A stretch of 64,000 nt of DNA from an uncultured Eubacteriales bacterium (GTDB lineage: Bacteria; Bacillota; Clostridia; Christensenellales; UBA1242): contig CABUZJ010000005.1 of assembly GCA_902496015.1 (NCBI GenBank), positions 17,303-81,302 on the forward strand. Direction: 5' to 3'. Shown piece after piece: positions 51,344 to 59,426 of the stretch (positions are counted from its first letter, which is position 1; the number at the start of each line of letters is the position of its first letter). The notes under the pieces were generated by a model. It had not been told where the DNA came from. It did no database searches and was given only the letters and a program-made list of their open reading frames with translations. A program made the position numbers and the translations under genes.

Positions 51344-51371
51344 TTGACAATTTCTTTTAGTTTGATATAAT
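51344..51371 (+). promoter_or_regulatory. Promoter TTGACA-16-TATAAT (TGa-extended)
   Basis: Read directly. It shares the string TTTGATATAATAATT with the PAP2 promoter. Confidence 0.6.
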
Positions 51372-51390
51372 AATTGCACTTAGGAGAATT

Positions 51391-51858
51391 ATGATGTTAA
51401 TAGTGGAGTTAAAAACAAGTCCCGTATTAGAAATATTGCCGAAAAAGGCAGTTGATGCTTTACATAAGGTTATTGAAAATAACAGTAATCGAATTTATTT
51501 ATTGAATAGTTTTTTCAATGAATTTATAAATTTAGATATTAAAAAATTAAATTTTAGTGAATGTAAAACTGCTAATACTAAATTTATTAACTATCAAACT
51601 GTTGAAAAAGTTAATAAATCAATTTTTTTAACTGATTTAATGGTAACTTGCAATGAAACTGATGATGTAATTTGCTTATTAAAAAGAAAAATGCCTATTG
51701 ACTGCAAAATAGAATTACCTAAAACAGAGTGTAGTGAATTAGTATTTGATTTTAATAGAAATTTATGCTTTATAAAAGACGATAAGCAAGGCTTAACTTC
51801 TACTTTTTCTATTGAAAAAAGAATAAAACCAAAAGATGAAGAGGAATTAGAAAGATAA
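51391..51858 (+). CDS. Hypothetical protein (155 aa; start 51391 or 51394)
   Basis: AGGAG RBS; no recognised motif. Confidence 0.5.
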   Translation: MMLIVELKTSPVLEILPKKAVDALHKVIENNSNRIYLLNSFFNEFINLDIKKLNFSECKTANTKFINYQTVEKVNKSIFLTDLMVTCNETDDVICLLKRKMPIDCKIELPKTECSELVFDFNRNLCFIKDDKQGLTSTFSIEKRIKPKDEEELER

Positions 51859-52070
51859 ATTAGGAAATGAAACTAGCAAAAACGTTAGTTTTATTTTTTT
51901 CTTGTATTTTTTATTGTGTGACTTAAAAAGCATAATTAAAATTTAAAGAAATTATCATAAAATATGTTGTAAAAACTTATTTTTAAGTTAATATAAATTT
52001 ATTAATTACTTTAAGTTTAAAGGAAAATTATAGAGAGAAAATTAACAAGGTTTTCTATCATTATTATTGC

Positions 52071-52099
52071 TTGACAAACAAGGTTAAAGACTTTAAAAT
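52071..52099 (+). promoter_or_regulatory. Promoter TTGACA-17-TAAAAT ending 7 nt before the SDR ATG
   Basis: The track's TTG start codon at 52071 is the -35 hexamer itself. Confidence 0.6.
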
Positions 52100-52106
52100 T
52101 AAAACC

Positions 52107-52919
52107 ATGAACAATGAAAAAGATAAGTGGACAATAATAACAGGTGCTTGCGGTGGATTAGGCAAAGCATTTTGTTTGGCTCTTGCAAAAAAAGGTTGCA
52201 ACCTTTTTATAACAGGCACTAATGAACAAAGAACAAATGTCTGGGCAAACGAACTTGCAAAAAAATTTCCACAGATTAAAGTAGATTATGCGGTTTGTAA
52301 TTTGTCAAATGAAGACCATCGCAAGAGAGTATTTGAAATTTTAAAAGAAAAAAATATTATTTTAAATAGGTTAATAAATAATGCCGGCTATATTGCAGAA
52401 GGCGGGCTTTTAGATTTTAGTGACGAACAGGTGCTTGAAATAATAAAAGTTAACTGTGAAGGCACAGTGGATATGACACAAAAATTTATTAAGGCATTTG
52501 GTGGCGGAACGGAAATTCTTTCTGTTTCAAGTTTAGGTGCATTTTATCCAATGCCTTATATGTCGGTTTATTCAGCAACAAAAAGAATGATTGTTAATTT
52601 AATGGTTGCATTAAGAGAAGAAGTAAAAGAACAAAAAATTAAGGTTAGCACACTTTGCCCTGGTGGCATTCCTACAACCGAAGCAATGAAACAAGCAATA
52701 AAATCGCAAGGGCTGGGAGGAAAACTTTCTAGTGCAAGTCCTGAATATATTGCTGAATATGCATTGAAAAAGTTAAGTAAGAACAAGGCAATTATAATTC
52801 CTAAGATGTTCAATAGGTTTTTAAAGGTAGCGGGTAAACCATTAAGTGAAGTTATGATTGCAAAAGCAATTGGCAATAGATGGAAGAAAGCCAATAGTAA
52901 AAGAAAATTAGCAGATTAA
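52107..52919 (+). CDS. Short-chain dehydrogenase/reductase (SDR)
   Basis: TGACGGLG, NNAG, catalytic YSATK. Confidence 0.88.
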   Translation: MNNEKDKWTIITGACGGLGKAFCLALAKKGCNLFITGTNEQRTNVWANELAKKFPQIKVDYAVCNLSNEDHRKRVFEILKEKNIILNRLINNAGYIAEGGLLDFSDEQVLEIIKVNCEGTVDMTQKFIKAFGGGTEILSVSSLGAFYPMPYMSVYSATKRMIVNLMVALREEVKEQKIKVSTLCPGGIPTTEAMKQAIKSQGLGGKLSSASPEYIAEYALKKLSKNKAIIIPKMFNRFLKVAGKPLSEVMIAKAIGNRWKKANSKRKLAD

Positions 52920-52928
52920 GAAAAAGAA

Positions 52929-52957
52929 TTGACAACATTTATTTATATTTTTATAAT
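52929..52957 (+). promoter_or_regulatory. Consensus promoter TTGACA-17-TATAAT for the MarR gene
   Basis: Perfect hexamers. The track's TTG start is again the -35. Confidence 0.75.
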
Positions 52958-52976
52958 AAATTTGGAGAGAAATATT

Positions 52977-53378
52977 ATGAGTTACTCATTTGCTGAAAAT
53001 GTTATAAGGTTAAAGTTATTATCTGATAGGTTATGTGAAGGGAAGAACAAGAAAAATGGCTTATTTTTGGTAACCTATCAAATTTTATTTGTGTTAAGCG
53101 AACAAGACAGAGTGTCGCCAAAACAGTTGGTATATGAACTAGGACTTGCAAAAAGCAATCTTGCTATTATTGCAAAAAAAATGATAAAAGAAGGGTTGAT
53201 TTTACAAAATAAAGATTTGGCAAATAGAAAAGAAATTTACTATTGCATAACTAAAAAGGGTAAAGATATGATTATTGAAAAAGTTAGCCAAATTGAAGAA
53301 CAATGCACCCCAGAAGTAAGTAAAGATGTTAGTTTACTTGAAAAAGTTGTTAAAATATTAAAATCTGTTAGAGTTTAA
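52977..53378 (+). CDS. MarR-family transcriptional regulator
   Basis: Winged-helix segment SPKQLVYELGLAKSNLAIIAKKMIKEGLI...RKEIYYCITKKG. GGAGAG RBS. Confidence 0.8.
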   Translation: MSYSFAENVIRLKLLSDRLCEGKNKKNGLFLVTYQILFVLSEQDRVSPKQLVYELGLAKSNLAIIAKKMIKEGLILQNKDLANRKEIYYCITKKGKDMIIEKVSQIEEQCTPEVSKDVSLLEKVVKILKSVRV

Positions 53379-53402
53379 GAATAAAATAATTATAGTATTA
53401 AA

Positions 53403-53428
53403 AAAGACCCATAAAGGTCTTATTTTTT
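53403..53428. terminator. Short hairpin terminator
   Basis: AAGACC-cataaa-GGTCTT plus TTTTTT. Confidence 0.55.
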
Positions 53429-53521
53429 GCAGATTTTTTATTATTTAATTATTAAAAACAGATTAAATTATTAAAAAAATTGCAAAATTTCATTTATTTT
53501 ATTGTAAAAAATTAATATTTA

Positions 53522-54100
53522 TTACTTTTCGTGAGTTTCTATTAAATCTTCCTCTTGCTTTTTAGAATTTGTTTCTTTTATTATGTGTGGGAAAGAGTTG
53601 TAAAAAAGCCTAAAATTGTTTTGTTTTAAATTTAAGTCTATATAAGTTGAAAATCCAAGTTTTTTATAAAATGGCAAACTGCTTGGAAGAGATGTAAGGG
53701 AAATAAAATTTATTTCTTTTTCTTTTGCTATTTCTTTAACAAAATTTACTAAATTACTTCCAATGTTTATGTTTTTATGTTTTGCGTATAAGTTAGAAAT
53801 ATATAAACAAGAGCCAAGTTTGCCATTAATAATGTCTGTTCCTTCACATGCTTGAAGAGAACCAATATTATGTTTAATCAAAGTTCCATCTTTATTTTCA
53901 ATAGTGTATGCGTCAAGATTTAAGTAGTATTCTCGATCACACAACAATAAAAAGAAATAATTTCCATATTTATCTTGGCAATTTTTAAAAATAACTTTTT
54001 TCGTTCCAAATTTACCAGAATAAATTTCTTCTAATGGCTTTATTATTTGCTTTTTTATTTGATTTTCATTAATTTCATTTAAGTAAACACTGCTTAACAT
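53522..54100 (-). CDS. GNAT-family N-acetyltransferase (192 aa from ATG 54100)
   Basis: C-terminal ...GSNLVNFVKEIAKEKEINFISL...FYKKLGF is an acetyl-CoA-binding-fold pattern. ATG 54100 chosen because a consensus promoter abuts it; the track uses GTG 54151. Confidence 0.6.
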   Translation of the reverse strand: MLSSVYLNEINENQIKKQIIKPLEEIYSGKFGTKKVIFKNCQDKYGNYFFLLLCDREYYLNLDAYTIENKDGTLIKHNIGSLQACEGTDIINGKLGSCLYISNLYAKHKNINIGSNLVNFVKEIAKEKEINFISLTSLPSSLPFYKKLGFSTYIDLNLKQNNFRLFYNSFPHIIKETNSKKQEEDLIETHEK

Positions 54101-54107
54101 AAATAAG

Positions 54108-54136
54108 ATTATAGCACTTATATTTTTAGTAGTCAA
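54108..54136 (-). promoter_or_regulatory. Promoter TTGACT-17-TATAAT (minus strand) ending 7 nt before the GNAT ATG
   Basis: Read on the reverse complement. Confidence 0.6.
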
Positions 54137-54165
54137 TATAGATATTTGCACATATGTTTATTTAT

Positions 54166-54194
54166 TTGACTAATAATTGGCTTTATTTTATTAT
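54166..54194 (+). promoter_or_regulatory. Promoter TTGACT-17-TATTAT ending 6 nt before the recD2 ATG
   Basis: Read directly; no SD. Confidence 0.55.
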
Positions 54195-54200
54195 ATAATT

Positions 54201-56408
54201 ATGGTTACTGGCGAAATTAATGAAATTATTTATTCTAATAGTGAAAATGGCTACACCATTTTAACTTTGATAACCCGTGATGGAATTATTACTGCCACAG
54301 GAAAATTTCCTCCTCTTGGTTCAGGTGAGCAAGTGGAACTTGAAGGCGAATTTAAGATTAATCCAAAATATGGCAAGCAATTTGTTGCAACTAGTATAAA
54401 AATAAAAAAACCTACAAATCTAGTGGCTATAAAAAAATATTTAGGAAGTGGTCTTATTAGTGGTGTTGGTGAAGTAACAGCGTCAAATATTGTTAATATG
54501 TTTGGTGAAAAAACGCTTGAAGTTATTGAATTTTATCCAACCGAACTTGCAAAGGTTAAAGGGATTTCATTAAAAAAAGCAGCTGATATTGCACTTGCAT
54601 ATAAAGAAATTAAGAAAATGCAAGAAGCGGTTATGTTTTTGCAACAATATGATATTTCAATTAATTTAGCCGTTAAAATTTATAATAAATATAAAGCAAG
54701 CACACAAGCAATTTTAAATGAAAATCCTTATATTCTAATTGAAGATATTGATGGTATTGGATTTAAAACAGCAGATAAAATAGCTTTCAAAATGGGTATT
54801 GGGCAAACAAGTCCGTTTAGGTTAAGAGCAGGAGTTTTATATACTTTAAACCAAATTGCTGAAACTAAGGGAAGTACTGTGGCTTTTCGTAATGAATTGA
54901 TTAGTGAAGCTAAAAAATTGTTGAATCTTGATGATATAGACGAAGCCTTAGATTCGGTTATTGTTTCGTTAATGATTAGTGGGCAGATTAAACAAGTACA
55001 ATATAACGATGAGCAAGCCTTAGCAGTGACTAGTTATTATATTATGGAAAAAACTATTGCGTCTAAGTTAAAATTGTTGGCAGATAATACTTCAAATATC
55101 GGGATAGATTTTGACAGAGAGATTGAAGATTACCAATTAAGTAATAATATAAAACTACATGAAAATCAGGTTAAAGCAATAAAAGTGGGGGTTACAAATG
55201 GGGTAGCCGTTATTACTGGTGGCCCAGGAACAGGGAAAACAACCATTATTAAAGGTATGCTTAAAATATTTAAAAACTGTAAATTAAAATGTGGTTTAAT
55301 GGCTCCAACGGGAAGGGCAAGCAAACGACTTGAAGAACAAACCAAAGAAAGTTCTAGCACCATTCATAGGGCATTAGAGATGCAGGGTAGAGGCGAAGGA
55401 ATGTTTGCTAGAAATGAGCGAAACCCATTAGATTATGATGTGATTATTGTTGATGAAGTTAGTATGATAGATGATTTTGTTATGAGTAGTTTATTAAAAG
55501 CTACTCCGTTGGGCACAAGATTAATTTTGGTGGGAGATAAAGACCAGTTGCCAAGTGTGGGGCCAGGAAATGTGCTTGCTGATTTGATTGCAAGCAATCA
55601 ATTTAATGTGGTTAATTTAACGCAAATTTTTAGGCAGAGTGATGATAGTAGCATTATAACTAATGCACATAAAATTAATATGGGTGAGATGATAAATTTA
55701 AATGAAAAATCTAGTGATTTCTTTTATTCAAGCACAAGTGAACCAGAACGGGTGCTTGAAGAAATTGTTAGTTTTGTAACTACTCGCATTCCAGCTTATG
55801 CTCATGTTGATTCTAGCGATATTCAAGTTATAGCACCAATGAAAGCGGGTGTTGCAGGAGTTGATAACATTAATTTGAAAATTCAAGAAGCACTTAACCC
55901 AGAAAGTGCTTTAAAAGCCCAAATTGAACATGGTAAAAGAGTGTTTAGGGTGGGTGATAAGGTTATGCAAATTAAAAACAATTATGAACAAGAGTGGGTT
56001 AAGAGTGAGGGAAATATTATTACTAGTGGCAATGGCATTTTTAATGGTGACATGGGATATATTGAGGAAATAAATACTCAAACCCAAAGTATTATTGTTT
56101 GTTTTGATGATGGTAGAAGAACAAACATAACAAGTGCCGATTTTGACAATTTAACACATGCTTATGCAATTACCATTCATAAAAGTCAAGGTAGTGAATT
56201 CCCAGTTGTTATAATACCTGTGCTTGGCGGAAACCCAATGCTTTATAATAGAAATTTGCTTTACACTGCAGTAACTCGTGCAAAGAAAATGGTGGTTTTA
56301 GTAGGAAAACAAACAAGTATATATCACATGATTAAAAATGAATATATGCAAAAAAGATATACTATGCTTAGGCAATTTTTAGAAAACAACATAAGTTTTT
56401 ACCAATAG
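54201..56408 (+). CDS. recD2: RecD2-type ATP-dependent SF1B DNA helicase
   Basis: GGPGTGKTT, IIVDEVSMID, LVGDKDQLPSVGPGNV, ITIHKSQGSEF, YTAVTRAKK. N-terminus MVTGEINEIIYSNSENGYTIL is typical of RecD2. Confidence 0.93.
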   Translation: MVTGEINEIIYSNSENGYTILTLITRDGIITATGKFPPLGSGEQVELEGEFKINPKYGKQFVATSIKIKKPTNLVAIKKYLGSGLISGVGEVTASNIVNMFGEKTLEVIEFYPTELAKVKGISLKKAADIALAYKEIKKMQEAVMFLQQYDISINLAVKIYNKYKASTQAILNENPYILIEDIDGIGFKTADKIAFKMGIGQTSPFRLRAGVLYTLNQIAETKGSTVAFRNELISEAKKLLNLDDIDEALDSVIVSLMISGQIKQVQYNDEQALAVTSYYIMEKTIASKLKLLADNTSNIGIDFDREIEDYQLSNNIKLHENQVKAIKVGVTNGVAVITGGPGTGKTTIIKGMLKIFKNCKLKCGLMAPTGRASKRLEEQTKESSSTIHRALEMQGRGEGMFARNERNPLDYDVIIVDEVSMIDDFVMSSLLKATPLGTRLILVGDKDQLPSVGPGNVLADLIASNQFNVVNLTQIFRQSDDSSIITNAHKINMGEMINLNEKSSDFFYSSTSEPERVLEEIVSFVTTRIPAYAHVDSSDIQVIAPMKAGVAGVDNINLKIQEALNPESALKAQIEHGKRVFRVGDKVMQIKNNYEQEWVKSEGNIITSGNGIFNGDMGYIEEINTQTQSIIVCFDDGRRTNITSADFDNLTHAYAITIHKSQGSEFPVVIIPVLGGNPMLYNRNLLYTAVTRAKKMVVLVGKQTSIYHMIKNEYMQKRYTMLRQFLENNISFYQ

Positions 56409-56612
56409 ATATATTTGATTTTACTGTGTTTTGTTTGAAATGAATTTCTTTATATTATAAAAATAAATTAAATCAAGGTTTAGATTATAAAACTTGATTT
56501 TATTTTGTGTTTTTTTATATGTAATCTTTAATTAAATAAATATAAAATTTGAATTGATTATTCTATTTTTAACAAATTTTGCATAAGAATAAATAATTAA
56601 ATAGGAGTGATT

Positions 56613-56906
56613 ATGGAAAGTGCAGTTGTTAAAAATAAAGAAAAAGAAAAGTCGATTAATCATTGTGTTATAATAGATAACAAAAATAAGATAAGTGTTA
56701 CAGCAGTTATTGAAGTAGTGAGTGCACAAGATAATTGTGTTTCGTTTAAAACAGAAGCAGGTGCAATGCAAGTGCAAGGCTCTTCTTTAAGGGTAGAAAA
56801 ACTTAGCCTAGAAGAAAAATTGTTGATTTTAGAGGGTAATATTTCAACAGTTAAATATGTTGGAGATTATGGAAAAAAGAATTTTTTTGCAAAATTATTC
56901 AAATAA
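56613..56906 (+). CDS. yabP: YabP-family sporulation protein
   Basis: ISVTAVIEVVSAQDNCVSFKTEAGAMQVQGSSLRVEKLSLEEKLLILEGNISTVKY fits the YabP pattern. Followed by a yabQ-like gene and divIC, as in Bacillus. Confidence 0.75.
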   Translation: MESAVVKNKEKEKSINHCVIIDNKNKISVTAVIEVVSAQDNCVSFKTEAGAMQVQGSSLRVEKLSLEEKLLILEGNISTVKYVGDYGKKNFFAKLFK

Positions 56907-56920
56907 AGGATGATAAAACT

Positions 56921-57274
56921 ATGGTTGAACCAATTAACCAAATAATTCTTTTTTGCTATTGTTTGCTTGTGGGGCTAATTACAGGTTTATTTTATTTAAT
57001 TTTTAAATCCGTTAAATATTTAACAAAAAACAATGTTTTTATAGGGTTTTCATTAGATTTTGCACTTTTTTTATTTGCCGGGCTTGGAATGTTTATATTA
57101 TTTCTTAAAACAAATGGTGCCCAAATATCGTTTGCAGGAATAATAGCATTTATGGTGGGGTTTATAATAATTAAAGTTACATTTTCTTATCTTTTTGCTT
57201 TTATTAATGGTTTAATTAATATTAAAATTGCAAAATTTAGTTTTAAAAATGCAAAAAATAAACTGCAAAAATAA
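56921..57274 (+). CDS. yabQ: YabQ-like small membrane protein
   Basis: Three TM segments, ...LDFALFLF...LKTNGAQISF...; position after yabP. Confidence 0.55.
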   Translation: MVEPINQIILFCYCLLVGLITGLFYLIFKSVKYLTKNNVFIGFSLDFALFLFAGLGMFILFLKTNGAQISFAGIIAFMVGFIIIKVTFSYLFAFINGLINIKIAKFSFKNAKNKLQK

Positions 57275-57297
57275 AGCCCAAAAGGGCTTTATTTTAT
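57272..57297. terminator. Bidirectional terminator
   Basis: AAAGCCC-aaaa-GGGCTTT plus T tract. Confidence 0.75.
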
Positions 57298-57313
57298 TTA
57301 AAAATGTTATATT

Positions 57314-58162
57314 TTATGCACCAATATAGCCAGTGATTGTTAAAACTGTTTTTCCAACGCCTGACGATGAGCTTGCTGGGACTGTTATTGTTGGACCAGT
57401 TGACGAAGGGACAGTAAGTAAATTATTGTCGCCAATTGTATAGTCGCTTGTTGCGAGTGTGGTTGTGCTACCACTACCAACTTTTAATTGAACTGAAACT
57501 AATTTAAAATTAGTAGGTAACACATCTGTTATGCTAGAAACATTTGCCACTACAAGCCCCGAGTTATTTAAATTTATTGTGTATGAATAAACTTGGCCAA
57601 TGCTAACAGTGCTTGCAGATGCTTGCTTAGTTATTTCAATATCTGCACTTGTGCTTCTTGAAATGTCTGTTGAAGATGTGTCAGTAACTTTATCTGTTGC
57701 CGTGAAACCTTCGCCCGTAGCAGTGTTAGTGATTGTTGTTACAGTGCTTGGAATAGAACTTGAAACACGAACAGTGTAAGTTAATATCATTTTCTTTCCC
57801 GAAGCAAGAGGAGAAAGTGTGAATACCAATGGATTTGTTGATGCAACTTCTGCCGCTAAAATTTGGTCGTTATAATAAAGAGTTGCACTTCCAGGAACAT
57901 AAGTTAAGTATTGAGGTGTTCCTCCTAAGTTATCTGTAATTTTTACACCAGTGAAATATTGTGAACCTAAGTTTTCTATATCTATATGATAAGTTACGGT
58001 TCCACCAGGTGTGAATGTACTACTTTGTGTATACTTTGTAATTGATAATGCACTTTCGTCCATAACGCTTATTGTTGCAACATTACTAGTTTCGCTTTTT
58101 TGTTCGCTTGAACCTGAGTAAGTGTATTTTACAGTTGCTTGATTAGTCACTTCTTTTGCCAT
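57314..58162 (-). CDS. Two-domain DUF11 (conserved repeat domain, CARDB-like) protein without a signal peptide
   Basis: GGTVTYHIDIENLGSQYFTGVKITDNL and GQVYSYTINLNNSGLVVANVSSITDVLP are the hallmark DUF11 strands. The N-terminus MAKEVTNQATVKY is hydrophilic. Strong AAGGAGG RBS. Confidence 0.7.
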   Translation of the reverse strand: MAKEVTNQATVKYTYSGSSEQKSETSNVATISVMDESALSITKYTQSSTFTPGGTVTYHIDIENLGSQYFTGVKITDNLGGTPQYLTYVPGSATLYYNDQILAAEVASTNPLVFTLSPLASGKKMILTYTVRVSSSIPSTVTTITNTATGEGFTATDKVTDTSSTDISRSTSADIEITKQASASTVSIGQVYSYTINLNNSGLVVANVSSITDVLPTNFKLVSVQLKVGSGSTTTLATSDYTIGDNNLLTVPSSTGPTITVPASSSSGVGKTVLTITGYIGA

Positions 58163-58439
58163 TTATACCTCCTTTTTAGTATACACTTTATTATATTCTT
58201 AAAAAATATTTTTGTGATTTATAATTTTTTAAAATCTTAATTAAATAAATTATAAATAAAAAATAATGAAAAAATATGCAAAAACATGAAAATTTGCCTA
58301 AATTAAGTTATTTTTTTCTATTTTAATAATATTTTTGCAAAAATTGTAGTAAATAATTATTAAAATTTATTGAAATTGATTTGCCAATTTGCAAATATTT
58401 AATTATAATTAAATCAATCATAAATAGGAGGTGGCTTTG

Positions 58440-58721
58440 ATGGAGCAAAAAAAATTTACAAAAATTGTCAAAATTGCAACCATTTGTGCAACCTGCTTTT
58501 TAGTTATTATGGTGGGAATTATTTTAGGACAATATATAAAACTTGGTAGCATTAATAGAAAAGAAAGTAATTTAGATGCACAATTAGCAAGTATGAATAG
58601 TCAAAGACAAAGTTTAGAACAAGGAATTGAAAATAGATTATCTTATTCATATCTTGAACAACAGGCTAGAGAACAATTGGGCATGATTAAGCAAGGTGAA
58701 ACGCTGTATATTTATAAATAA
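58440..58721 (+). CDS. divIC: Septum formation initiator DivIC/FtsB family
   Basis: Single TM, coiled coil, C-terminal EQQAREQLGMIKQGETLY. ATG 58440 is 8 nt after AGGAGG. Confidence 0.8.
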   Translation: MEQKKFTKIVKIATICATCFLVIMVGIILGQYIKLGSINRKESNLDAQLASMNSQRQSLEQGIENRLSYSYLEQQAREQLGMIKQGETLYIYK

Positions 58722-58733
58722 TAAAAACAAAAT

Positions 58734-58762
58734 AAAACAGGCTACAAAATTCCTGTTTTTTT
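58734..58762 (+). terminator. Terminator after divIC
   Basis: AACAGG-10 nt-CCTGTT plus TTTTTTT. Confidence 0.6.
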
Positions 58763-58786
58763 GTTAAAAAATTTTTAAAAAAGTTA

Positions 58787-58815
58787 TTGACAGCGCTATA
58801 AACAAAGAGTATAAT
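58787..58815 (+). promoter_or_regulatory. Consensus promoter TTGACA-17-TATAAT for tRNA-fMet
   Basis: Perfect hexamers. The -10 ends 12 nt before the tRNA 5' end. Confidence 0.8.
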
Positions 58816-58827
58816 TAAAATTGTTAT

Positions 58828-58904
58828 CGCGGGGTAGAGCAGCCCGGAAGCTCGTTGGGCTCATAACCCAAAGGTCGTTGGTTCAAATCCAGCCCCCGCA
58901 ACCA
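58828..58904 (+). tRNA. Initiator tRNA-Met (CAU), CCA encoded
   Basis: CGCGGGG...CCCCGCAACCA gives a C1-A72 mismatch. There are three G-C pairs next to the anticodon loop (GGG-CTCATAA-CCC). Near-identical in design to E. coli tRNA-fMet. Confidence 0.95.
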
Positions 58905-58908
58905 AATT

Positions 58909-58938
58909 AAACCACAGCACAATTGCTGTGGTTTTTTA
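58909..58938 (+). terminator. Terminator after tRNA-fMet
   Basis: AAACCACAGCA-caat-TGCTGTGGTTT plus TTT. Confidence 0.8.
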
Positions 58939-59207
58939 TAATTTAAGTTAGGTTTGCATATTAATTTTCTTAGAATTAAATGAGCAAGTAATTAAAAAAT
59001 AGTTTTTATTATTTAGATATAAATAAACTATTTTTAATGTTTATTTTTAAAAATTTTTTGTCTCATAACTTTTGTTATAGACTTAACAAATTTTAACTAT
59101 CTGTTATTTTTATTTAATTCATAAAAGTGACATATTCAATTTTTAAATGAATTAAACTTTTTAATAAACAACTAGATTGCAATTAAAAACAAACTTTTAT
59201 AAATCTA

Positions 59208-59236
59208 TTGACAATTTTGGGGCTGTAATTTATAAT
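59208..59236 (+). promoter_or_regulatory. Consensus promoter TTGACA-17-TATAAT about 100 nt upstream of tRNA-Arg
   Basis: Perfect hexamers and spacing. Confidence 0.75.
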
Positions 59237-59341
59237 ATTTATGTTTCACAATACAATCGCACAAGTGTGCGAGAGTGAAAATACCGCAAGGAATTGCGTG
59301 GAATATACAACAAATTATCGCAAATATATTGCGTTTAAAAT

Positions 59342-59418
59342 GCACCCATAGCTCAGCTGGATAGAGCGTTGGTCTACGGAACCAAAGGTCGGGAGTTCGA
59401 ATCTCTCTGGGCGCACCA
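59342..59418 (+). tRNA. tRNA-Arg (ACG), CCA encoded
   Basis: GCACCCATAGCTCAGCTGGATAGAGCG-TTGGT-CTACGGA-ACCAA-...GGGCGCACCA; cloverleaf folds by eye. Confidence 0.93.
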
Positions 59419-59426
59419 TTTATAAA

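Noticed and set aside
56520-56612. SigmaE-type promoter for yabP (GCATAAGAAT resembles the -10 CATACA-T)
   Set aside because: I could not place a convincing -35 (ATATT-like) at the required spacing of about 14 nt, so the evidence is too weak to call.
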